From positions 1 to 30,650 of the IMG/VR virus record IMGVR_UViG_3300032233_001054: a stretch of DNA of 30,650 nucleotides; one strand, written 5' to 3'. Source of the DNA: a virus (taxonomy: Duplodnaviria > Caudoviricetes). The translations under genes and the position numbers were made by a program. Positions 7,881 through 16,675 of this stretch are shown piece after piece; position 1 is the stretch's first letter; the number at the start of each line of letters is the position of its first letter. The notes beneath the pieces are model-generated. The model was not told where the DNA came from. It did not search any database and saw nothing but the letters and a program-made list of their open reading frames with translations.

Positions 7881-10800
7881 ATGGCTCAATATACAATTAA
7901 TACACCGCAAGGCCCTCTTGTTGTTAATGGGCCAGAAGGCGCAAGCCAAGACCAAGTATTTGCGGCGGCTAAACAATTAATACTTGAACGTCAACGAGAT
8001 TTAACCGATGTTAAGCCTGATTATACAATGGGTGAAGCTGCATCAAAAGCCCTCACTCGAGGCACTAAACAAATTGGTTCTGCTATATTCGATGTTATCC
8101 CTGCTATGGGTGCTAGTGCTTTAGGTTTTGATGAATACGCCAAAAAGCAGATGGAAGAGGCCCAACAAACCCGAGAAGAAATTCAAAAATACTACGCTCC
8201 CGAAGTTGCCTCATATAAAGAAGCTACAACCCCAGGAAAAATGGGCACGTATGCACTTGAAACAATTGTAGAACAAGTTCCTAACTTAGCTTCTATGTTT
8301 ATTCCTGGTGGAGTAGGTGCCGCTGTCGGACGTCGCGCAGGTGTTGGTGCTGCAGAAAGAGGCTTAGCATCTCAGTTACCTCCTACATTAACTCAAGGTC
8401 TAGCTCAAAAAGAAATAGTAAATGTTGCTGAAAGATTATATGGCCCTGAAGCAATTAAACAAACATTAGGGCAAGCTGCTACCTCTGGATCTAAAGTTGG
8501 CGGTGGTACAGGACTTTATTTAGGCGCTTTTTCTCAGAACGCTCCCGAAGTATTTCAAAATATTTACGACCAAACAGGCCAATTTGAAACAGGCGCATCT
8601 GTGTTAGCTGGTGGTATCTCGTCTGTATTAGACACAGCAATGCCTGCTTACATTATTAATAAGTTTAAAGGCCCATCAAAAGCATTATTTATAGAAACAC
8701 TATTAGAAAAATCAGGTATGAAGCCGGGATTAGCTCGTAAAGCTATTTCTGTCTTGCCTGAAGCTGCGGGGATAGAAGGTCTTACAGAAGGTGCCCAAGA
8801 AGCTATTAGTATTCAAGCAGAAAAATATATTACAAATAACCAAGATAAATTTTCATCCGATGAGTGGAATAGAGTATTAGAATCTGGTATTAGAGGCGCT
8901 GTTGCTGGTTTAGGATTTGGTATACCTACTACTGTAGCAAGTCGCTTACAAGAACGTGGTCAAGCAGATGCAAATCAAATTGTTCAAGACATTATTAATC
9001 AACCATCCCCACAACCCGATGTAACAGGAGTATTACAAAATGGAGACGTACGATCTGACGCCGAAGGAAATCGAGATAATATTCCAGTATCTGGACAACC
9101 CGCTATCAACCAAGCTGCCGCCGGACTTGCAGATGCTGACGGACTTGGAGATGATGGGGCTGCAGCTGATATTATCGGAACTCAAGATGGAGCTGAAGGA
9201 AGCCCAGTTTCTCAAACAAGTGCATTAACATCCACCCCTAAAGTTCAAGATATATTAAAAGATGAGGGTATTGAAACTCAACAAAATAGATTTAAAAATG
9301 AATTAAAAGATATACGTACCGAAGAAGAAGATAATGAGATGACTCATGCGCCTGATTCTCCTAAAGGTATTTTAAAAGATAATTTAAGAACTCTTTTATC
9401 TAAAGATATATCTCAAGAAGATTTAGCTGCTATACATCAATATGCGATTGACAATAATAGATTAGATATAGCTAAACTCGCTACAAATAAAGCCGAAACA
9501 AAAGCTACTGGACTAGAAACTTTATTTGCAAATAATATAGAGGGCACTACTCAACAAAATGTAGAAGAGGCTAAAACTTTTGCGGATAATTTAAAAGCTT
9601 CATTACTTACTAAAGCTCAAGAAACCCAAACCCAAAAACAAAAACCAACTACTCAACAAATACCACAAGCAGCAATCAATGCATGGAACAAGATATCTCG
9701 TACAAGCTTTAGTGATTTAGTTCCTGAAGACCAAGCTAAAGTACTTGATGCTCACAAAGCTAACGCGCTTAATAATGACTTTGCTGATGAGCTAGATCAA
9801 TATTATGAAGAGTCAAGACAAGCAGCGCCAGAAGAAGGCTTACCTACTACAAACGAAACAGCTGAGTCTATTACGAATCATTTAGTTAATGAGTTTGGTA
9901 ACAACGTTAGAACTGCACAAAACCGTGGTACTTTAAAAATTGTAAACAACGCAGATGAATTATCTAAACTAGGTATCAATGTAGCACCGAACGCTGTCGG
10001 GGCCTACTCAAAAGGCACGTCTTATATAATTGCAAATCGTTTGAACAAAGACAATGCTAGAAGAGCCTTGTTACACGAAGTCGGAGAGCATCATGGGTTA
10101 GAAGGCATGCTAGGTAAAGACTTATATAAACAAGTTCTTCGTCAAGTTCGTAGCATGAACACTATGGACCCTGCGGTTACAGCTGCGCATGACCATGTTA
10201 ATAAGCAATACCTAGAATTAAAGCCCGGTACTGATGCACATACGCGTGAAGTATTAGCTAGAATTGGTGAGACTGCGCCTGAAAATTCAGTATGGCGTAG
10301 GGTTGTAGGCGCTGTTAAAAACTTCTTGACTAAGATGGGACTTTATAATCCTAACAAGATGACAACGGCTGACATACACGACTTAATCTTACACTCTACT
10401 AGAACAACGTTGAAAAAAGGTGCGCAAAAATTATCTGGTACTAAAGTAGAAACTCAAGAAATGAGAGCCGCTGTGCCACCAAGCGGTGTTAACCAAGAAA
10501 ACGCTAAAAACTTAATTAACTCTGTAGGCCAAATATATACAAGCCTCCCTAAGTATTCTACTGATATAGGCAAAGAAGTTAGGAATGTTGTCTCAAGAAG
10601 TCCAAGATGGTTCCAACAAGCTTATTTATCCTTTTTATCTTTACCACAAAAGATTGAACTCTACGGTAAAAAATTACCTGCGCTAAACAATATATTAGTA
10701 GCATTAGAACAACGTGCAAGTATGGCGGATAAAGAAAGATCATTAGTAGATAAATTAGTCTTCGCGGGTAAAAAGATTATTGACAGCCACCCTAGAGCTC

Positions 10801-13133
10801 TTGTTGATAAGTGGAACAAGATTGTATTAAAACTTTCAGCAGATGAAATTGATCCTCGCGACCCTAAAAATATTAATAACGATTTAGTTAGAAACTTTCA
10901 TGCACTTCCTAAAGACTTACAAGATTTAGCTATCGCATATACAAAACAATATGAAGCATATAGTGAACAACTTATAGGCACTATTCAAAAATATTCTTCT
11001 GGTGCGGGTAATGCATTATTAAATAGATGGAAAAAACATAAGCAGCCTTTCTATCATCCATTAAGACGTCAAGGTGAATACTGGGTATCTTATAAAGATA
11101 AGAGCGGCACTGAAATAGTTATTGCTAGACGAAGCCCTGCTGAAATTAAAGATATTATTAAAGCCGCTCAAGCTCAAGGTGGAACAGATTTTAATCAATA
11201 TACTAAATTAGAAAAACGTAACTATAAAGATGCACCTCCAGGCGAATTTGTAACCGAACTTATGAATATGCTTCAAAAAGATTTAGCTGGCAAGGGGATG
11301 AATCCAGCAGATATTGAATCTATCAAGAATGAAATTTATAACTCATATCTAGACTTATTACCTACTGGCTCTATTAAACAACAATTACGTGAACGTGAAG
11401 GTACACCGGGTTACATTGAAGACGTAGTAGGTGGCTTTGCTGACCTCGGTTCTAAGATGGCAAACCAACTATCTAATCTAGAATACAGACCCCAAATTGA
11501 TAACGCAGTTGCTGATTTAAATGGAAACCTTGAAAATTATAATGGTGAAGATAAAGATACATTAATTAATGTTGTCCAAGATATATACAATCAAAAGAGT
11601 TTCTTAGATAACCCAATAGCTAATAATGTTGCATCTCAATTAGGCTTTGTAAGTTATATGTGGAATATTGCGGGTAACATATCTTCTGCGCTAGTTAACA
11701 CGACTCAATTGGCTATGGCTGTATTCCCCATGCTTGCAGGGCGATATGGCTATGGTAAAGCACTCGGTGCTATGACTGACGCATTTAAGATGTATTACAA
11801 CGGCGGTCAAGATAACAATAGAGTTTATATGCCCGACCTTACTTTTGGTATAAACCCAAATATATCTAAAGACCATAAAGATTTATATGATGCGGCGATT
11901 GAAGCTTCAGCTATTAGACGTGGCCCTGGCTACGAACTATCTGAAATGAGAAGACAAAATGCTTCTGACTTTACTGGAACTAAAGCTAAGATTGAAACAG
12001 GATTAAGTTGGATATTCCAAAACACAGAACGTATGAATAGAGAAGTAACGCTTTTAGCAGCGTATGATTTGGCTCGTGCTAATGGTATGACACATCCTGC
12101 GGCTATTAAAGACGCACTAGATTTAACTATGAAACTACATTCTCATGCATTATCAGAAGCAGGTCCTCGTATTATGCAAGACGGTATTGGCAAAGTAGCA
12201 TTTACATTTAAACGTTTTGCTCAAGCTCAAATCTATAATACTGCACGATTATTTTATCAAGTGTTTAAAGACGCTGATCCTGAAACTCGTAAGATTGCTA
12301 GAAAACAATTGCTAGGTATTTATGGTATGACTTACGTATTCTCTGGGGCTCAAGGTTTACCTCTTTATGGCGCGGCAAATATGTTATCAAGTGCTATCGC
12401 AGGTATGTTTGGTGATGACGAGCCTTATGACTTTGATGAAGAAGTGCGTGAAGCGATTGGCGACCTAGGCTACAAAGGCCCGATGAATAAATTACTTGGG
12501 GTAGATATTGCTTCAAGAACTGGTTTCAATGGAATGATCTGGAGAACTGATAATCAACGTTTATCTGAAGTAGGATTCGCTCCATACTTTGCAGAACATT
12601 TCTTTGGCCCGGCTTACCAAGTATTAGCTATTAATCCAGTTCGTGCAGCTAAGCTATGGGGAGAAGGTTATACAGAACGCTCAATTGAAACGATTGTTCC
12701 TGCGTTTGTTAAAAACCCAATGAAAGCTTTCCGTATGGCTACAGAAGGTGCTACAAATAAAGATGGCGTTAAAGTAATTGATGAAGTAGGCCCTATGAGT
12801 TCATTCTTTCAAATTTGGGGATTTACTAATTCAGAATTAGCTGAAGCTTATACACGTGCTAACTCTATGAAACAAGCAGAAAAACAAATTTTAAATAGAA
12901 AATCTTCATTAGTTAATTTACACTACTTAGCTAAAATGAACGGTGATCAAGACATGTTAGCAAAAGTTAAAGAAGATATTGCTAACTTTAATAAATCATT
13001 CCCAGGCTCTATTACACTTGAGACTATAAGAAGGTCAGAAGCTCAACATCAAGTAAGACTTAGAAAATCTGTTGACGGTGTATACTTAAATAAAAAATAC
13101 GCTAAGAGAATTGAAGAAGACTACGGTAACTAA
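7881..13133 (+). CDS. Large ejection / polyvalent protein with a zincin metallopeptidase and an LPD38-like C-terminal region
   Basis: ATG 7881, just after the previous stop at 7878, is preferred over 7851. Motifs: GLTEGAQEAI, LLHEVGEHHGL (~10068-10100), FQNTERMNRE, FTFKRF. Confidence 0.75.
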   Translation: MAQYTINTPQGPLVVNGPEGASQDQVFAAAKQLILERQRDLTDVKPDYTMGEAASKALTRGTKQIGSAIFDVIPAMGASALGFDEYAKKQMEEAQQTREEIQKYYAPEVASYKEATTPGKMGTYALETIVEQVPNLASMFIPGGVGAAVGRRAGVGAAERGLASQLPPTLTQGLAQKEIVNVAERLYGPEAIKQTLGQAATSGSKVGGGTGLYLGAFSQNAPEVFQNIYDQTGQFETGASVLAGGISSVLDTAMPAYIINKFKGPSKALFIETLLEKSGMKPGLARKAISVLPEAAGIEGLTEGAQEAISIQAEKYITNNQDKFSSDEWNRVLESGIRGAVAGLGFGIPTTVASRLQERGQADANQIVQDIINQPSPQPDVTGVLQNGDVRSDAEGNRDNIPVSGQPAINQAAAGLADADGLGDDGAAADIIGTQDGAEGSPVSQTSALTSTPKVQDILKDEGIETQQNRFKNELKDIRTEEEDNEMTHAPDSPKGILKDNLRTLLSKDISQEDLAAIHQYAIDNNRLDIAKLATNKAETKATGLETLFANNIEGTTQQNVEEAKTFADNLKASLLTKAQETQTQKQKPTTQQIPQAAINAWNKISRTSFSDLVPEDQAKVLDAHKANALNNDFADELDQYYEESRQAAPEEGLPTTNETAESITNHLVNEFGNNVRTAQNRGTLKIVNNADELSKLGINVAPNAVGAYSKGTSYIIANRLNKDNARRALLHEVGEHHGLEGMLGKDLYKQVLRQVRSMNTMDPAVTAAHDHVNKQYLELKPGTDAHTREVLARIGETAPENSVWRRVVGAVKNFLTKMGLYNPNKMTTADIHDLILHSTRTTLKKGAQKLSGTKVETQEMRAAVPPSGVNQENAKNLINSVGQIYTSLPKYSTDIGKEVRNVVSRSPRWFQQAYLSFLSLPQKIELYGKKLPALNNILVALEQRASMADKERSLVDKLVFAGKKIIDSHPRALVDKWNKIVLKLSADEIDPRDPKNINNDLVRNFHALPKDLQDLAIAYTKQYEAYSEQLIGTIQKYSSGAGNALLNRWKKHKQPFYHPLRRQGEYWVSYKDKSGTEIVIARRSPAEIKDIIKAAQAQGGTDFNQYTKLEKRNYKDAPPGEFVTELMNMLQKDLAGKGMNPADIESIKNEIYNSYLDLLPTGSIKQQLREREGTPGYIEDVVGGFADLGSKMANQLSNLEYRPQIDNAVADLNGNLENYNGEDKDTLINVVQDIYNQKSFLDNPIANNVASQLGFVSYMWNIAGNISSALVNTTQLAMAVFPMLAGRYGYGKALGAMTDAFKMYYNGGQDNNRVYMPDLTFGINPNISKDHKDLYDAAIEASAIRRGPGYELSEMRRQNASDFTGTKAKIETGLSWIFQNTERMNREVTLLAAYDLARANGMTHPAAIKDALDLTMKLHSHALSEAGPRIMQDGIGKVAFTFKRFAQAQIYNTARLFYQVFKDADPETRKIARKQLLGIYGMTYVFSGAQGLPLYGAANMLSSAIAGMFGDDEPYDFDEEVREAIGDLGYKGPMNKLLGVDIASRTGFNGMIWRTDNQRLSEVGFAPYFAEHFFGPAYQVLAINPVRAAKLWGEGYTERSIETIVPAFVKNPMKAFRMATEGATNKDGVKVIDEVGPMSSFFQIWGFTNSELAEAYTRANSMKQAEKQILNRKSSLVNLHYLAKMNGDQDMLAKVKEDIANFNKSFPGSITLETIRRSEAQHQVRLRKSVDGVYLNKKYAKRIEEDYGN
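9040..9228 (+). CDS. Overprinted 62-aa protein in the +1 frame of the large ejection gene
   Basis: AGGAG at 9026-9030, 9 nt before the ATG. The product looks amphipathic and helical. Host-frame Gly codons in the overlap are 9 GGA, 1 GGG and no GGT/GGC. Confidence 0.65.
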   Translation: METYDLTPKEIEIIFQYLDNPLSTKLPPDLQMLTDLEMMGLQLILSELKMELKEAQFLKQVH

Positions 13134-13330
13134 TTAAGTCTCCAAGCCCTAACCCCTAGGCACCCATCCTTTATAGTAACAAAAGCTTTAACACGGACTT
13201 GCGCCCTTTTAGCTCCCATTTCTAAAGCATATATCATAGGCGAAGGTTTTAAAGTGGGGACAAAAAAACTATCCCCGACCCCCATATTTTCAAACGGAAA
13301 TATCCATTCCGGCTCAGTGAGCTGGTTCAT
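13130..13330 (-). CDS. Small conserved phage protein (FPFxxMxVGDSFFVP type), possibly DNA-binding
   Basis: 66 aa with FPFENMGVGDSFFVP...GVRAWR. Its start overlaps the end of the primase gene. Confidence 0.75.
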   Translation of the reverse strand: MNQLTEPEWIFPFENMGVGDSFFVPTLKPSPMIYALEMGAKRAQVRVKAFVTIKDGCLGVRAWRLN

Positions 13331-16268
13331 TAATTACCTTAAATGTTTCATCAGAAAAATGCTTAGTGTCAAATACATAAGCTTCAATATTTAAAGTACC
13401 TGTTGCGTCTTTCCATCCTGAACCCATTTTCTTTCTTTTCTCTATTACCTCTACACCCGCCATTTGCATCTGATATAAAAACTCTCTTGAGCTAACTTGA
13501 TTCTCAGATAAGAACTTACGGAATGCAGGTTTAGATATTGCTATAGTAGACGTATCTACCTCAGCTCTAATAACTAATGATGATCTTGGTTCCATCGATA
13601 CTTTACCATCTTTGATTGCTAAGATGCCGGTTTGGTTAGTATTTATAAATTCGCCGATAAGAGATTCGTAATCAACACGATTAACTTTAACTACGTTGTC
13701 TCTAATATTAATCATCTCACCTACTATAGTTCCATATATTTTATCTAAGTCATACTCTACAATTTCAGCCCCTACCGCTATGTCACCTGCTGTCATCGAT
13801 GCAGCAACTAAGTTTTCATAGAATCGATAAGCAGTATCTTCACCAAAGTCTTTCTTAAATCGTAGTGTCCACTTCTCAATCATGCCTAATATGTCAGCAT
13901 CACTATAACCATATAAAGCTTGGATAAATGCCGGACCTGCCCAGCCATAGTTAGTTCTAAACTTATCAAATATCTCACGACCTAGTGAAGCATCGTCTTT
14001 AAATGCTGTTGGTTTGCGAGCTGAAATCTCAATAAGCCTAGCTACCTCACCATTAGGATCTTTTTTAAACATTGATAACTTATCATATAAAGAATGATTC
14101 GATGTGAACACAGCAACTAATGACGCTGATATCTCATGTTCTCTTTCTGCATTGACCGATGCTTGCATTCTAATCTTAGCTTTACCTTGTGAAATCTTAT
14201 GGATTAATTGAGATAAAGTTTTAGGCAGGATGTTACCCACTTCATCTAATCCAAAAGGTATATTGTGTAGCCCTAAGAATCTCCCTGTTAATCCATTCTC
14301 GGTTGCGTCAAGAACGGATAGATCTTTAGGGTTACCCCAAATACTTAAATTAGAATACAGAGCACCGGTTTTCGCAGCCCCTGACTCCCCCGTCAGACAA
14401 ATCGTTACGCCTGATGTTGATGTATAGTCCATAAGAACTGAACCAAATCCTGACAACAATACAAACGCATGTACTTCTAAACTATCTTTATTTAACTTGT
14501 TAGCTGATTTCTTCCATGTTTCAAAGTCACCTGCTTGTGTTAAATGTTTTGCAATACCTCTGCATAGTGGAGACGTTGGTGCAGATATGACATCCCCGTT
14601 CCTTGTTATTTCTTTATCACCTATCACGAATGATTCTCGTTTTGGTGTCCAACCCATTTGTGTTCTCATAATTTCCGCCTTATTTCGGTCACGTAAATAT
14701 TGACCCCATTTAATTATATATTGCATAAACATTGTTACTCCTGCTGGATTAAAATAAACTCCGCTACTTGACATAACTTCTTTAAACTTATCCTGCGCAT
14801 ATACGTACTTCATTGGTAAAATAATATCTCTATCATCATCGTTAGGCATAACTATCTTCACCTCTAAACATTCGCCATCAAACGTACTAAACATTCTACG
14901 TAATGGATACACATCTTGATCTGTTAATAGTATTGGATCATCTTGCTTTGCCGCACCATCTTTATCAAACTTAGCTGTTGGAACTATATAAATCCCTCCG
15001 GCCTGTCCTCTAACATATGGATAGAGTTCTCTTGGTAGGACCACGTTATTAGGGTCCATAACAAACCTTGTAGTACTTGATACTACTTCTTGCTTCTGTG
15101 TTTCCCGCACGACTTCTTGCACTGGAATAATTTCTTCAGGTTTAATATTAAGTGTTTCAAATAATTTGTTAACATTGTTTACTTCCTCCGTTGGTTGTTT
15201 AGTTTCTGGTTCTTTTATCTCTGCAATTTTAAATAGCTTACCGAACGCTAATGGATTAGCTGGCTTGATCTTTCCTTTATACTGACATGTGTCACAGATA
15301 CCGGGGTTCGTGTTGTTAAATGTTTCGCATGATTGTGGCATGCCTTGTGTTGCATTTGCTTTTTGTTCTGTTGCATCTTTATTGTAGCTAGGGTGTTCCT
15401 CGGACATTGCGTGAATCGCGCTATCTCTATCTTTACAATGTTGAGCAATGCTTAACCCTGCTCTCCATACTGGCTCTGTTACTGTCTTTGCATTCTCTAA
15501 GATAAACTTAATCTGATTACAGCCTTCGCCCTTTATACTCTTGTCAGCTATGTCGCTAAAGTCATACTCATAGTTAGTTAAGCCCATCATGCGACGTTGG
15601 TCATCGCTTAAACCTTTAGGTACATTCGCTAACAATGAATTAACTGAGACATCGATGTTGCCTAGCTCTACTTTAAATACATCGTCAAAACTATATACAG
15701 GTAGGTCTTCACCTCGATAGATATAAGTTCTGCTTGGGGGATCTGACTTATGATTGAATGAACCAGGTGATCGTAAGATACGCGCAGCGTCCGCAGTTAC
15801 AACTGGATCAATCTTGAGACCGTTGCTTATGCATAGTTCTTTGAAGCGTTCTGCATTTGGTTTCCACTCAGTAATATCTAAGTCTCTATCAAAGAACCAA
15901 TAGGCATGTATGCCCCCACCTGAATCAACTACGGTAGGCTGAGGTACCCATGTCTCTGAGAGAAACTTATCTAGTGCATCTAAAGCTTCTTGTTTAGATT
16001 GGTAATCTTTGCTTTCCCCAACATCGAGGTCTACGAAGAATGATCTTGCAAATACAGCTTCGTCTGCTTTGCGACTGTATGCACTAAATGAGTTAAGTGC
16101 AACAAAGACATTAAGCTTTTTATTGTTATAGGTTTCTATGAGAGGTTCTATCTCATCAATAGATTCTACAAACTTGTGCTTAACACGTTTATCTACACTC
16201 GTATCAATTGTCGCAACACAATATACGCCTTGAGAAGGTAATGCTTTTTTATAAAATTCTGTAATCAT
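13314..16268 (-). CDS. Primase-helicase: AEP (RepB-like) primase, Cys-rich accessory domain and DUF927 helicase
   Basis: AEP motifs FVDLD, DSGGGIHAYW and DAARILRSPG. Walker A variant GESGAAKT and Walker B FGLDE. Confidence 0.88.
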   Translation of the reverse strand: MITEFYKKALPSQGVYCVATIDTSVDKRVKHKFVESIDEIEPLIETYNNKKLNVFVALNSFSAYSRKADEAVFARSFFVDLDVGESKDYQSKQEALDALDKFLSETWVPQPTVVDSGGGIHAYWFFDRDLDITEWKPNAERFKELCISNGLKIDPVVTADAARILRSPGSFNHKSDPPSRTYIYRGEDLPVYSFDDVFKVELGNIDVSVNSLLANVPKGLSDDQRRMMGLTNYEYDFSDIADKSIKGEGCNQIKFILENAKTVTEPVWRAGLSIAQHCKDRDSAIHAMSEEHPSYNKDATEQKANATQGMPQSCETFNNTNPGICDTCQYKGKIKPANPLAFGKLFKIAEIKEPETKQPTEEVNNVNKLFETLNIKPEEIIPVQEVVRETQKQEVVSSTTRFVMDPNNVVLPRELYPYVRGQAGGIYIVPTAKFDKDGAAKQDDPILLTDQDVYPLRRMFSTFDGECLEVKIVMPNDDDRDIILPMKYVYAQDKFKEVMSSSGVYFNPAGVTMFMQYIIKWGQYLRDRNKAEIMRTQMGWTPKRESFVIGDKEITRNGDVISAPTSPLCRGIAKHLTQAGDFETWKKSANKLNKDSLEVHAFVLLSGFGSVLMDYTSTSGVTICLTGESGAAKTGALYSNLSIWGNPKDLSVLDATENGLTGRFLGLHNIPFGLDEVGNILPKTLSQLIHKISQGKAKIRMQASVNAEREHEISASLVAVFTSNHSLYDKLSMFKKDPNGEVARLIEISARKPTAFKDDASLGREIFDKFRTNYGWAGPAFIQALYGYSDADILGMIEKWTLRFKKDFGEDTAYRFYENLVAASMTAGDIAVGAEIVEYDLDKIYGTIVGEMINIRDNVVKVNRVDYESLIGEFINTNQTGILAIKDGKVSMEPRSSLVIRAEVDTSTIAISKPAFRKFLSENQVSSREFLYQMQMAGVEVIEKRKKMGSGWKDATGTLNIEAYVFDTKHFSDETFKVINEPAH
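15083..15175 (-). CDS. Candidate overprinted 30-aa basic peptide in the +1 frame of the primase-helicase linker
   Basis: GGAGG (15189-15185) lies 9 nt before the ATG. Product: MLTNYLKHLILNLKKLFQCKKSCGKHRSKK. Confidence 0.4.
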   Translation of the reverse strand: MLTNYLKHLILNLKKLFQCKKSCGKHRSKK

Positions 16269-16365
16269 TTGCAGTGACTTTCTATTTTTTTAGTCAACAG
16301 TATCCCGCCACACCAATCGTGTGTTTTTAAATTTGAACTCCGGGACATCCCTATTATACTACTAT
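16269..16365 (-). promoter_or_regulatory. Putative promoter and structured leader of the primase-helicase gene
   Basis: TATAAT at 16358-16353. Inverted repeats at 16303-07/16341-45, 16309-13/16319-23 and 16275-79/16292-96. Confidence 0.45.
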
Positions 16366-16674
16366 TTAAATCTTAACTCTAATCATAGCTAAGTAAGTTT
16401 TGGCATCTGAGAGTGAGGCCGCAGGCAGTACACCTGAAACCAAACCCTCATCCACCAATTTAATGAATGACAACACTTTAATATAGTTACTATCCCTAAG
16501 ATACTCACCTCTGAACCACTTATGAATGGAGAAGCGCGATACGTTTAAAGCTTTTGCGACGTACAGCGTTGGAAGATTTGCTTTTATACAAACTCTACCT
16601 AAACGCACTCCGACCCTTTCTGGATCAGCTTTAGCAAGCTCTCTTAAAAATACTTCACTATACGGTCTTGCCAT
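16366..16674 (-). CDS. XRE-like HTH protein
   Basis: HTH pattern VAKALNVSRFSIHKWFRG. ATG 16674 lies 1 nt after the upstream stop and is preferred over 16701. Confidence 0.75.
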   Translation of the reverse strand: MARPYSEVFLRELAKADPERVGVRLGRVCIKANLPTLYVAKALNVSRFSIHKWFRGEYLRDSNYIKVLSFIKLVDEGLVSGVLPAASLSDAKTYLAMIRVKI

Positions 16675-16675
16675 T

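Noticed and set aside
9033-9215. Antisense 60-aa ORF over the overprinted region
   Set aside because: It has no SD, is Ser/Ile-rich, and is best explained as a by-product of the constrained sense frames.
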